A stretch of 64,000 bases of DNA from an uncultured Chloroflexia bacterium (GTDB lineage: Bacteria; Chloroflexota; Limnocylindria; QHBO01): contig CAWHAZ010000004.1 of NCBI GenBank assembly GCA_963827475.1, positions 1 to 64,000 on the forward strand. The letters run 5' to 3'. The position numbers and the translations under genes are program-made. The first letter of the stretch is position 1; each line of letters opens with the position of its first letter. Positions 47,442 through 57,582 of this stretch are shown here, piece after piece. The notes under the pieces were generated by a model. That model made no database searches, was not told the origin of the DNA, and saw only the letters and a program-made list of their open reading frames with translations.

Positions 47442-50273
47442 ATGGCCTCATCGTCCACAAGCGGATCACGACCGGACGCGCTCATCAGCGTGGCCCAGGC
47501 CGCTGCCCTGCTCGGGGTGCACCCCAACACGGTGCGGTCCTGGACCGAAAGCGGGCGCCTCGCCGCGTGGCGGATCAATCCACGGGGCGATCGACGCTAC
47601 CGGCGCGCGGACGTGGAACGGCTCCTGGCCGAGGGCGCGTCGACGCCGACCGAGGCCTCGGACGCGTCGCCTGCCGGGGCGACCCGACAGCCGGAGGTGG
47701 ATGCGGAGGCCGCGGTCCTGACCCGCATCTCGCAGGGCACGGTGGACGCCGGCAGCGTGGCCGCCGTCTGCCGGGTGACGGTCGAATCGCTGCGCACGGT
47801 CGAGGCCATCGCCCGCGTGGCGGTCTATCTGGTTCGCGACGACCGGCTGGTGCTCGAGACCCATGCGGGGCACAGCACGCCGCCGCCGCCCACCCTGTCG
47901 TGGAGCAGTGAGGGAGACGAATTCGGCGCGGATGGCAGCATCCGCCTGCCGCTGACCATCGGCCAGGAGCGGATCGGGGTCCTGCTTGCTGCCGACGACG
48001 TGGACGGGGCATGGGTCCGCAGCCGCCGCCGCTTCCTGATCGCCGCTGCCGCGACCGCCGGCGTCGCCCTGCGCCACGCGCGGGCCATCGCCCGGGCCCG
48101 CCGCGAGCTGACGCGCGCCCGCGCCCTGGCCAGCGTGACCCGTGAGCTCACCGGGCAGCTCGAGCTGGGCGCCGTGCTGAGCGACATCGCGGACCGGACG
48201 CGGGGCCTGTTCGACGCCGACCGGGTCGGCCTGTGGATGATCAACGACGAGCGGGAGCACCCCTTCGACCTGGCCGCCGAGCGCGGGATCAGCCCCGCCT
48301 TCCAGGCCATGATCAGCCAGCTCACCTTCACCAGCCCGTCGCTCGGGACGCAGGCCGTCCGCGAGCGCCGCACGTTCGTGGCCCGCCACGCGGACACCGA
48401 TCCGGCCGTCGGCGTCCTGCAGGACCTCTACCGCGACGAGGGCGTGAAGACCGCCTGCCTGGTCCCGCTCGTCAGCCATGACAAGGCGGTCGGGGTCATC
48501 GGCCTGTACCACGCCCGGGATCGGGAATGGCCCGACGACGAGCTGGCCCTCGCCCAGGCCTTCGCCAACCAGGCCGCGGTCGCGATCAGCAACGCTCGCC
48601 TGTACCGCGCCACGGCCGAGCAGGCGGCCCGCATGCGGTCCATTCACGACCTCTCGGCGCGCCTGAACCGGCTCACCGATGTGCAGGCCATCGCGGACGC
48701 GATCGTGGCCGAGGCGAGCACGCTGGCCGCGTTCCACGACATCCGGATCTACACCGTGGACTGGGAGCGGGGCACGTGCGAGCCAATCGCCTTCACCGAC
48801 CGGCTGCTGGGGGATGGGGACTTCCGAGACCTGCTGCGGGTCGACATCGGTCCGGGCTCGTTTACCGGCTGGGTGGCCGCCAACGCGCAGCCGATCCTGA
48901 GCAACGACGCGATGAACGACGAACGTGGCCTCACGATCGAAGGCACCGAGGAGATCGAGGAGTCGATGCTGGTCGTGCCGATGGTCTACGAGGGTCGGTC
49001 GGTGGGCGTCATCGCGCTCTCCAAGCTGGGCGTGAACCAGTTCTCGACCGATGACCAGCAGACGATGATGATCTTTGCCGGCTACGCGGCCCAGGCCCTG
49101 GTCAACGCCCGCAGCTATCGGCGACTGGAGGAACAGTCCAGCCAGCTGGCGCGGCAGCTCGACAGCCAGCGACGGCTGCTCGACGTGAGCACCCGGGTCA
49201 TGGGCACGCTCGAGCAGGAGGACATCCTCGAGGTCGTGGCCGACGGGCTGAAGGCGGTCGTCCACTACGACAACCTGTCGATCTACCGGGCGGACGCCGC
49301 CAAGCAGGTCCTGGTCCCGGTCCTCACCCGCGAGGAGCACGCGGCCGAGGTCGCCCGCTACATCATTCCGTTCGGCCGCGGCCTGATGGGATGGGTCGTC
49401 GAGCACGGCGAGGCGGTGCTGGCCAACGACGCGCTGGCGGATCCCCGCGCCCTGCAGATCCCCGGCACGCCGGAAGACCAGGAGGCGCTCATCGTCGTCC
49501 CGCTGATCAGCGACGGCCAGGTCACCGGGTCCATGAACGTCAGCCGGGTCGGCGGCGAGGACGTGTACTTCAGCGAGACCGATTTCGAGCTGGTCCAGCT
49601 GTTCGCCGCCCAGGCGGCGGTCGCCCTCCGCAACGCGGACGAGCACCACGCCATGAGCCTGCGGGCAGAGACCGATGCGCTGACCGGGCTCAGCAACCAC
49701 GGCGCCTTCCAGCGCGACCTGGCCGAGGCCATCGAGGCGATCGCCGCGGCGCCGTCGGAGGAGGGCCAGCTCGGCCTGCTGATGATGGACCTCGACCGAT
49801 TCAAGACCTACAACGACCGATTCGGCCACCCGGCCGGTGACGCGCTGCTCCACGCGGTGGGCGAAGCGCTGTACGCGGCCACCCGCAGCGACGACCGGGT
49901 CTACCGCTACGGCGGTGACGAGTTCACCGTGGTGCTGTCCGGGGTCGACCTTCCGGCTGCCCGACGGGTGGCCGAACGCGCCCGTCGGCTGGTTGCCGCC
50001 GTCTCCCTGGAGCGCGGCGCCGCCCCGGTCACGATCACCATCGGCGTCGCCCTCCTCCCCGATCACGGGGAGGGCAAGGACGCGCTGATCGGCGCGGCCG
50101 ATGCCGCCCTGTACGGCGGCAAGCAGGCGGGTGGCGACCAGGTGGTGGTTCCGGGTGAGGCCCCGCGGCCGCAGAGCCGCAAGGCGGCGAAGCCGCGCCG
50201 CGACCCGGACGCCGTCATCGAGCAGCGACGGCGGCGCAGCGACCCGGATCGGACGAGGACGACCGCGGCCTGA
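47442..50273 (+). CDS. Diguanylate cyclase: excisionase/MerR-like HTH + 4 GAF + GGDEF
   Basis: ISVAQAAALLGVHPNTVRSW...GDRRYRRADV; four GAF repeats; TDALTGL, DLDRFKTYND, RSDD I-site, YRYGGDEF. Confidence 0.92.
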   Translation: MASSSTSGSRPDALISVAQAAALLGVHPNTVRSWTESGRLAAWRINPRGDRRYRRADVERLLAEGASTPTEASDASPAGATRQPEVDAEAAVLTRISQGTVDAGSVAAVCRVTVESLRTVEAIARVAVYLVRDDRLVLETHAGHSTPPPPTLSWSSEGDEFGADGSIRLPLTIGQERIGVLLAADDVDGAWVRSRRRFLIAAAATAGVALRHARAIARARRELTRARALASVTRELTGQLELGAVLSDIADRTRGLFDADRVGLWMINDEREHPFDLAAERGISPAFQAMISQLTFTSPSLGTQAVRERRTFVARHADTDPAVGVLQDLYRDEGVKTACLVPLVSHDKAVGVIGLYHARDREWPDDELALAQAFANQAAVAISNARLYRATAEQAARMRSIHDLSARLNRLTDVQAIADAIVAEASTLAAFHDIRIYTVDWERGTCEPIAFTDRLLGDGDFRDLLRVDIGPGSFTGWVAANAQPILSNDAMNDERGLTIEGTEEIEESMLVVPMVYEGRSVGVIALSKLGVNQFSTDDQQTMMIFAGYAAQALVNARSYRRLEEQSSQLARQLDSQRRLLDVSTRVMGTLEQEDILEVVADGLKAVVHYDNLSIYRADAAKQVLVPVLTREEHAAEVARYIIPFGRGLMGWVVEHGEAVLANDALADPRALQIPGTPEDQEALIVVPLISDGQVTGSMNVSRVGGEDVYFSETDFELVQLFAAQAAVALRNADEHHAMSLRAETDALTGLSNHGAFQRDLAEAIEAIAAAPSEEGQLGLLMMDLDRFKTYNDRFGHPAGDALLHAVGEALYAATRSDDRVYRYGGDEFTVVLSGVDLPAARRVAERARRLVAAVSLERGAAPVTITIGVALLPDHGEGKDALIGAADAALYGGKQAGGDQVVVPGEAPRPQSRKAAKPRRDPDAVIEQRRRRSDPDRTRTTAA

Positions 50274-50320
50274 CCCCGGTCCCGGCCCGGATCGGACCGG
50301 GTGCTATCCTCGCCGCCCCA

Positions 50321-51066
50321 ATGCGTGACCGACGCCGCGATCCGCTGCGCGCTGCGCCGCGGACCGTCCTCCGGCGGCGCGGCACGTGGCTGACCCTCCT
50401 CCTCATGATGGCGGTGGCGGCCTGCACCGGATCTCCGACCCCCACGCCCTCGCCCAGTGCCTCCGGGCTGCCGACACCCACGCCCTCGCCGACCCCGCTG
50501 CCCAGCCCGCGCTTCTCGAACGAGGCCGACGCCGCTCTGTCGGGATCTCATCCCCGACCAGGCGAACGGCCTGACGGTCGTCAAGCCGGCGCTCACCGAG
50601 TACGCGATCACACCCGGTGACATCGGTCAGGCGGCGTACGGCGAGCTCGGCGCCCGCTTCCAGACGCTGGTCGTCGCCTTCGTCCGCGACCCGCGCCTGA
50701 GCCTGTACGCGATGCGGGTCGATGGCGACGCGGTGACCAACGCCGACCTCGAGCCGCACCTCGCCACGGCTGGCCGGTACGTCGGCATCGCCGGACTGGT
50801 GCGGGAGCCGTGGGAGCTGACCGCGGTGGGCGGCCACGAGGTCTGGGTCCGGCCGTCGGACGGCGCCACACTGGCCGGCACCCGGGTCTACACCTGGGCC
50901 ACGGACGACCTCGTATTCCTCATGATCGGCGTCAACGACGAGCTGAACCAGGCCCTGCTCGCCCTCCTGCCCGGCGAGCCGCCGCCAACGCCCAGCCCGG
51001 CGCCGTCCATCCAGCCCCGACCCGAGCGCCACCGAGGAGCCATCGGCCACTCCCAGCGACTCCTAG
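50321..51066 (+). CDS. Hypothetical lipoprotein (frameshifted)
   Basis: Lipobox VAAC, PT-rich linkers; probable true end PSATPSDS-TAG at 51064-51066. Confidence 0.7.
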
Positions 51067-51075
51067 ACTGCGCGA

Positions 51076-52149
51076 ATGACCGACCCCGTGACCGATGACG
51101 AGGAAGTCCCCCACGAGGACGGCTTCGACGAGGACGGCTTCGACGATCTGAGCTTCGACGAGCCTGCTGCCTCCGGCCGCAAGCGCGACCGGCTGGCTCG
51201 CCTGCTATCGGTCATCACCATCCTCTACAGCCGTGGCAGCGGAGAGCAGGGCGTCGCCGTCGATGACATCGCCAGCCTGACCGGGATGAACAAGCGAACG
51301 GTCTACCGCGACCTGAAGGCACTCGAGGACGAGCTGGCGGTCCCGATCTTCCAGGCCGGCCGCGGACGATACGGGATCGAAAAGAAGTACTTCCTGCCGC
51401 CGCTCCAGCTCACCGTGCCCGAAGGGGTCGTCCTGTTCCTCGCGTCACGCCTCATCGCCCAGTGGTCGGACGAGTCGGACCAGGCGGTCATCAGCGCCTT
51501 CACCAAGATCGCGGCCGAGCTGCCCCAGCCCATCGCCCGCCACGTGACGGCGACCATGCTGGCCGTGGGCGAGCTGGACTCGAACGAGCCGTTCACCGCG
51601 ACCTTCAACACCGTCGCTCGCGGCTGGGCCGAGGGGCGGGTGGTCGAGGTCATCTACGCACCAAGCGCCGGTGAATCCCGGAGGACCCGGATCCGGCCGT
51701 ACCTGCTCGAGCCGTCCGCTGCCGGACGGAGCATCTACGTCATCGGCTACGACGAAACCGCCGACGCGATGCGGACCTACAAGATCGAGCGCATCCAGCA
51801 GGCGATCCTGACCGTCGACCGATACGAGATCCCCGACGAATTCCAGCCCGACCAGTTCCTCGCCAACTCGTGGGGCATCTGGTCGTCCGACACGACCGCG
51901 CCGGTCGACGTCCGCCTGCGCTTCGACGCCGGAGTCGCGCGGCGCGTCCACGAAACGATCTGGCACCGGTCGCAGGTCCTGACCGACCTGCCCGACGGAC
52001 GCGTCGACCTGGCGGTGCGCGTGGCGGGGATCGTCGAGATCCGGCCCTGGATCCTGTCGTGGGGAGACCAGGTGGAGGTCCTCGAGCCGCCCGAGCTGCG
52101 GGACGTGGTCGCCACCGCTCTCCGGGGAGCGGCCGGCCGCTACGCCTGA
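51076..52149 (+). CDS. HTH-WYL-WCX transcriptional regulator (PafB/DriD-like)
   Basis: RTVYRDLKAL HTH, IRPYLL..IYVIG..RTYKIERI WYL domain, WILSWGDQVEVLEPPELR. Confidence 0.93.
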   Translation: MTDPVTDDEEVPHEDGFDEDGFDDLSFDEPAASGRKRDRLARLLSVITILYSRGSGEQGVAVDDIASLTGMNKRTVYRDLKALEDELAVPIFQAGRGRYGIEKKYFLPPLQLTVPEGVVLFLASRLIAQWSDESDQAVISAFTKIAAELPQPIARHVTATMLAVGELDSNEPFTATFNTVARGWAEGRVVEVIYAPSAGESRRTRIRPYLLEPSAAGRSIYVIGYDETADAMRTYKIERIQQAILTVDRYEIPDEFQPDQFLANSWGIWSSDTTAPVDVRLRFDAGVARRVHETIWHRSQVLTDLPDGRVDLAVRVAGIVEIRPWILSWGDQVEVLEPPELRDVVATALRGAAGRYA

Positions 52150-52844
52150 GGTTCGCCCAGCGGAAGTCGGAGCAGGAGAGCCAGGGTCGGACGTGCGCGC
52201 GGCTCGGCCGGCGTCACCGGCATCCGCAGCCACGCGTCGCCGGCCACCCCGGCCCGGTGGCGCGCCGACAGACGCCGGGCGGAGAGTCCCTCGATCCCGA
52301 GACGGGACAGGGCCTCGGCCACCAGCGTTCCATCCCCGACGTAGCCATGGCCGACCGTGATCCGATCCCCGGGAGCCAGGATCCGTCCCAGCCAGTCCCG
52401 TCGGATCCGGAAGGTGCGCTTCAGGACAGATTCCCCACCGGCCCACAGCAGGTCGGCGGCGACGTACGCCGCTCGACCGGCGCCGCGCTCGGATCCGCTC
52501 AGCCGGGCCCGCAGCAGATCCGCGTCCGGCCGGCCCTCCGGATCGAGGACGAGCAGCGTCCCGTCGAGCGCCACCCCGTCCTCCGCCAGCTGGCCCGGCA
52601 GCTCACGCAGCTCGGGGAACGCGGTGTCGGCATCCGCCAGGCCGGCGACCTGGAGCCGGACTCGACCGCGTTCGGCGAGGGCGGTGGCCCGGACCCCCGG
52701 CCACCAGGGCTCGAACAGGTAGTCCGGATCGTCGAACGGCGCGGGCGCGTCGGCCGGCTGCATGGGGGCAATCCGTTCCGGCAGCCGGTAACCGGGAGCG
52801 TCCGCCTCCGGATAGGCGGGCAGTGGAAGCTGTTCGGGCGGCAC
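52140..52844 (-). CDS. LigD-type ATP-dependent ligase adenylation-domain homologue lacking the catalytic Lys
   Basis: IAPM, PFDDPDYLFEPWWPGVR, FPEL, LDGTL, AADLL, EGLSAR, DAWLR; no OB domain. Confidence 0.75.
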   Translation of the reverse strand: MPPEQLPLPAYPEADAPGYRLPERIAPMQPADAPAPFDDPDYLFEPWWPGVRATALAERGRVRLQVAGLADADTAFPELRELPGQLAEDGVALDGTLLVLDPEGRPDADLLRARLSGSERGAGRAAYVAADLLWAGGESVLKRTFRIRRDWLGRILAPGDRITVGHGYVGDGTLVAEALSRLGIEGLSARRLSARHRAGVAGDAWLRMPVTPAEPRARPTLALLLRLPLGEPQA

Positions 52845-52852
52845 GCCGCCGG

Positions 52853-53767
52853 TCAGGCGGTCTTTCGCCGCCTGGTCTGGGGAGCCTCGTCAGCCTCGGC
52901 CGATTTCTTCGCTCGGCTCCGCCGCGCGGGCGTCGGCTTGGCGGCGGCCTTCTCTCCGGCGTCCGCTCCCGCCGCCGCGTCGCGGCGGGCCTCGCGGGCA
53001 GCGGCCACGCTGGCCTCCAGGGCGGCCATCAGGTCGCCGATCTTGGTCGGCTCGGTGGCCGCGATCGGCGTCGGCTCCTCGCCGGAGACCTTGGCCTCGA
53101 TGACGCCCATCAGCGCCTGGCGGTACTCGTCCCGGAACTCCTCGGCACTGAACTCGCTGGTCATGGATGCGATGAGCTGCTCGGCCATCTTCCGCTCCGA
53201 GGCCTTGATCTCGATCCCGCTGCTGTCGACCGCCAGCTCCTCGATGGGCCGGATCTCGTCCGGCCAGTGGAGGGTGGTCATGAGCATCGACTCGGCATAC
53301 GGGTTGATGGCCGCCAGCTGCTCGCGATCCTTCATGACGACCTTGCAGATCGCGCTCTTGCCCTCGTCGGCGAGGACCTGGCGGAGGAGGAAGAAGGCCT
53401 TCTTGCCGACGGGGTCGGGCTCGAGGTAGTAGGCGCTCTTCACGAACGCTGCGCCGTGGTCTTCCTTGTCGGCGGCCACGAACATCGCGATCTCGATGGA
53501 GCGGACCGTCTTGAGCGGCACCGCCTCGAGGTCCTCATCGGTCACGACCACGTATCGGCCCTTGCTCCATTCGTAGCCGCGGACCGTCTCGGAGCGCGGG
53601 ACGACCTCGTCGTGGAACGGGCAGTAGATCTTCATCTGGATCCGGTTCAGGCAGCTGGCGTGCAGCATGTTGAAGCCGATTCCGCTCGACTCGGTCGCGA
53701 GGTAGAGCTTGACGGGGATCGTCACCAGCCCGAACTGGATCGCCCCCCGCCACATCGCGCGTGCCAT
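52853..53767 (-). CDS. ku: Prokaryotic Ku (NHEJ DNA end-binding protein)
   Basis: MWRGAIQFGLVTIPVKLY, RGYE, YYLEP, TLHWPDEIR, FRDEY, DLMAALEAS, basic tail. Confidence 0.96.
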   Translation of the reverse strand: MARAMWRGAIQFGLVTIPVKLYLATESSGIGFNMLHASCLNRIQMKIYCPFHDEVVPRSETVRGYEWSKGRYVVVTDEDLEAVPLKTVRSIEIAMFVAADKEDHGAAFVKSAYYLEPDPVGKKAFFLLRQVLADEGKSAICKVVMKDREQLAAINPYAESMLMTTLHWPDEIRPIEELAVDSSGIEIKASERKMAEQLIASMTSEFSAEEFRDEYRQALMGVIEAKVSGEEPTPIAATEPTKIGDLMAALEASVAAAREARRDAAAGADAGEKAAAKPTPARRSRAKKSAEADEAPQTRRRKTA

Positions 53768-53830
53768 AGGGCCGTCGAGGATACACCCGGTCCGCCACCG
53801 CGGCGATCGGTCGCCCCGGCCGATTCCGGG

Positions 53831-54432
53831 CTAGGACTCGACCTCGGGCGGGAGCCAGCTGCGGGCTTCGTCTTCGGGGATGAGGTCCTCGAGGGCCGAG
53901 CCGGGCCCGGCGTCATCGGCGACCACCAGCATCTCCGCCACCTTGCGCTGGACCGCGAGTACAGGGGCGTTGCGGTTGAAGCCCGGGAACGCCGCGGATG
54001 CCACGGCCACGTCGGTCAGGGCCAGGAACGGATCGGCCACGTTCAGGACGTCGGTCGCCTGGCTGCCGAAGGGAACGTGGACGGTGCCCGACAGCCAGAA
54101 GGGGTGCAGCGCGACGTCGATCCGGACCGGGCGCTTCTGGACGACCAGATCCGGGTTCGCGCTGTCGTCGACACCAGTGCTGATCCCGAACAGGACCGCT
54201 TCCACGGCGACCATGACCGTGCTCCCGCTGTGGGTCGCTGCCGCGGTCTCGCCGAATACTCGACGACGGTGGCCTGCTCGACGTTGAGGTGGGTCGACCC
54301 GCTCAGGTTGAGGATGTCGGCGACGCGCCGAAAGCGGGTCGCCATCTCGCCCCGCACCCGGTAGCCGGGGGTGTACAGCTCGACCTGCACCCGGCTGATC
54401 TGCGGACCGAAGGCATCAGGGTCCCATCCCAT
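53831..54432 (-). CDS. Hypothetical protein with an internally duplicated small beta domain (frameshift ~54245)
   Basis: Two similar halves: VELYTPGYRVRG..RVADILN..HL and IDVALHPFWLSG..ATDVLN..FLALTD. Confidence 0.65.
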
Positions 54433-54441
54433 CGGCCGATC

Positions 54442-55219
54442 CTAGCGCTTGCGCGCCTTCCAGACCTCTTCGCTCGGCCACCGGCGTGCCCAGTCGATGG
54501 TGGCGATGTTCTCCCACGTCGTGGTCGAGCCCTCCGGCGGCTGGATCTCCATGAGGTCCGTGACCTCGAACCCAGTCCGGGTGAGAAGTCGAAACATGTC
54601 GCTGTGCGACAGGTGGAACTCCACCGCGTTCGGGTCGTCCGGCCATTCGAACCGATGCATGCCGAACTGGGGACGCCTCAGGCGCTCCCCGGCCGGTCCC
54701 TCGGCCTCGGTGTCGGGGACGGCGAGCATGACGAGCACGCTGTTGGCGAGAAAGATCAGCTCGCCGCCGGGTCGGAGCAGCCGCCATGCTTCGGGGATCC
54801 ACTGGTAGGGATCGGCCCAGATGGCGGCGCCGTACTCGGAGATCGCCACGTCGAAGCTCTCGTCGGGCAGCGGGACGCGCTCCGCATAGCCGAGCATCAG
54901 GGGGAACGCGAGTCCGTGCTCCTGCTGAAGCCGTCGAGCCGTTTCGAGCTGTCGGGGAGAGTTGTCCAGTCCGGTGACGCGCGCACCGCGTCGTGCCATC
55001 CAGGCCGACACGTAGGCCGTCCCGCACCCGAGCTCGATGACGTCCTTCCCGTCGAGATCCTCCGGCAGCAGATGCACCTGCGATTCGGGCACGCTCCAGA
55101 TGCCCCATCTCGGCTCAGCGGCGGCCCACGCTCGCTCACCGGGCGCGACGTGCTCCTCGGCCGCTATGTCCCAACCGATGCGGTTGCGGCGGACGTGGTC
55201 CGGCAGGTCATTCGGTCAC
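54442..55219 (-). CDS. Class I SAM-dependent methyltransferase
   Basis: IELGCGTA, GLDNS, ESFDVAISEYG, LLRPGG. The frame extends upstream of the listed ORF to ~55212. Confidence 0.9.
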
Positions 55220-55243
55220 CAGAGCAGTGTGTAGGATCGGGCG

Positions 55244-57572
55244 ATGGACGCGCGGGCCGATGTCCTCGGTTCAGACGCCCCGACCTTCACCGTGGAGGAG
55301 GCGGGATCGCTCGCCCACGCCCTCTTTGGCGTCAGCGGCAGCGCGGAGCCGCTGGTCAGCGAGCGGGACCAGAACTTTCGGCTGACCGATGGCGATGGCG
55401 TCGCCTGGGTCCTGAAGATCTCGAACGCGGTCGAGGACCCGGCCGTGGTCGACATGGAGGTCCAGGCCGTGCGCCACGTGGCCCGCATGGATCCGACCCT
55501 GCCGGTCCCCGTGCCGCGGCCGGCCGAGAACGGAGACGCCGTCGTTCGCGTCCCCGGTCGGGCCGGTGGCGAGCACCTCGTCCGGCTCATCCCGTTCCTG
55601 CCCGGCCGCCACGTCGACCCGTCGAGCCTGGGGCCGGAGGCCCTCGCCGAGATCGGGCGGGTCACCGCTCGCCTGGGGCGGGCGTTGCGCGGCTTCTTCC
55701 ATCCGGCCGCGGGCCGGGTGATCCTGTGGGACCTCAAGCACCTCGATCTCCTCCGGCCGCACCTGGAGGCGGTGACCGATCCGGCCCGTCGAGCCCTGGT
55801 CGACTCGGCACTCGAGCGCTACGACCGTCGGGTGGCGCCGGCCCTCCCGACCCTGCGGTCCCAGGTCATCCACAACGACCTGACCCTCGACAACCTCCTG
55901 CTCGACGGGGACCGGGTGAGCGGCATCGTCGACTTCGGCGACATGGCGCACACCGCGATGGCGCTGGATCTGTCGGCCATGCTCCAGTCGGTCCTCCGCG
56001 GCCGCTCGGACGTGTTCGAGGCCGCGGCCGCGGCGATCCGGGGCTACGTCGAGGTCACGCCCCTCGAGCCGGAGGAGGCGGACCTCCTGGCCGACCTGCT
56101 CGCGGCGAGGATGGTCCAGACCGTGCTGATCTCGGTCTGGCGCATCGCGCAGTACCCCGACAACGCCTACATCACCGGCTGGCTCGAGCCGGCATACGAG
56201 CTGCTCGAGCAGCTCGAGGCAGCCGGCTGGGAGGCGTCGGGCCATCGCCTGGCGCGCGCGGCGCGCGACCCGGTTGGCGTGCCATCCATGCAGAGCACGG
56301 ACCTCGCCGCGCGTCGACGGTGTCCTCGGCTCGGCGCTGTCGCCGCTCACCTACGAGCGGCCACTCCACGTGGTTCGGGGGGAGGGGGTGTGGCTCACCG
56401 ACGCCGACGGCAACCGCTATCTCGACGCCTACAACAACGTCCCGGTCGTGGGCCACGGCCATCCAGTCGTGGTCGAGGCGATCGCGCGCCAGGCCGGCGC
56501 GCTCAACACCAACACCCGGTACCTCCACGAGGCGGTCGTCCTGCTCGCCGAGCGGATCACGGCCAGCATGCCGCCCGGCCTGGACACGGTGATGCTCGTG
56601 AACAGCGGCAGCGAGGCAAACGACCTCGCCTGGCGCCTGGCGACGGTCTTCACCGGCGGCACGGGCGGCATCGTCAGCCGCTGGTCGTACCACGGCCTGA
56701 CAGCGGCCGTCGCCGACCTGTCGACCTCTGAGTGGCCTCGCGGGGAGCAGCCACCGGCCGTCGAGACCATCCCCGCTCCAAATCCGTACCGCGGCCCGCA
56801 CGTCGACGACTCCGACCTCGACGCCGCGAGCGCCGCCGAGCTGGACGGGGCAGTGGCGCGGCTGGCGGAGCGCGGCGTGCGGGCTGCCGCGCTCTACCTC
56901 GACGGGCTGTTCACCGCAGACGGGATCGTTCCGCCCAGCCCACGCTACCTGGAGCTCATCGCCGAGCGGGCGCGGGCGTCCGGGGTCGTGTACGTCGCCG
57001 ACGAAGTGCAGTCGGGGCACGGTCGGACCGGGGACGGCCTGTGGAGCTTCAGCGGGAGCGAGATCACGCCCGACCTCGTGACGTTGGGCAAGCCGATGGG
57101 CAACGGCCACCCGGTCGCCGCGGTCGTGGCACGGTCCGAGATCGTCGACCGCTTCGCGGTGGACCATGAGTTCTTCAGCACCTTCGGGGGCAACCCCGTG
57201 GCCAGCGCCGCAGCGCTGGCGGTCCTCGACGTCATCGAGTCGGAGCGCCTGGTCGAGAACGCGGCCGCCGTCGGCACCCGTCTGCGGGAGGCCATTCGCG
57301 ACCTGGCCGCGACGCACCCGGCGATCGGAGATGTGCGAGGCCGGGGCCTGATGGTCGGCGTGGACCTCGTCGAGGACCCCGCGACGCGCGAACCGGCCGC
57401 CCAGCTCGCCAAGGCGGTGATGAACGGCATGCGGGAGCGCGGGGTCCTGATCAGCACCACGGGCCGCGAGGGGAATGTCCTGAAGATCCGACCGCCGCTG
57501 GTCATCAGCGCGGACGAGGCCGCGATCATCGTCGAGGCCCTCGACGCATCCCTGACCGCCGCCCGCGTCTGA
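55244..57572 (+). CDS. Aminoglycoside-phosphotransferase-like kinase fused to a class III aminotransferase (hydroxylysine kinase/phospho-lyase type); frameshift ~56310
   Basis: SERDQNF, IHND..DNLL, IVDFGD; then YLDAYNNVP, NSGSEAND, ADEVQSG, TLGKPMGNG, LKIRPPL. Confidence 0.88.
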
Positions 57573-57582
57573 CCCCGGCGGG

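Noticed and set aside
45951-50273. 1440-aa giant ORF
   Set aside because: It is an artefact. It runs antisense through the beta-propeller gene and through part of the frameshifted membrane protein before reaching the real cyclase start at 47442.
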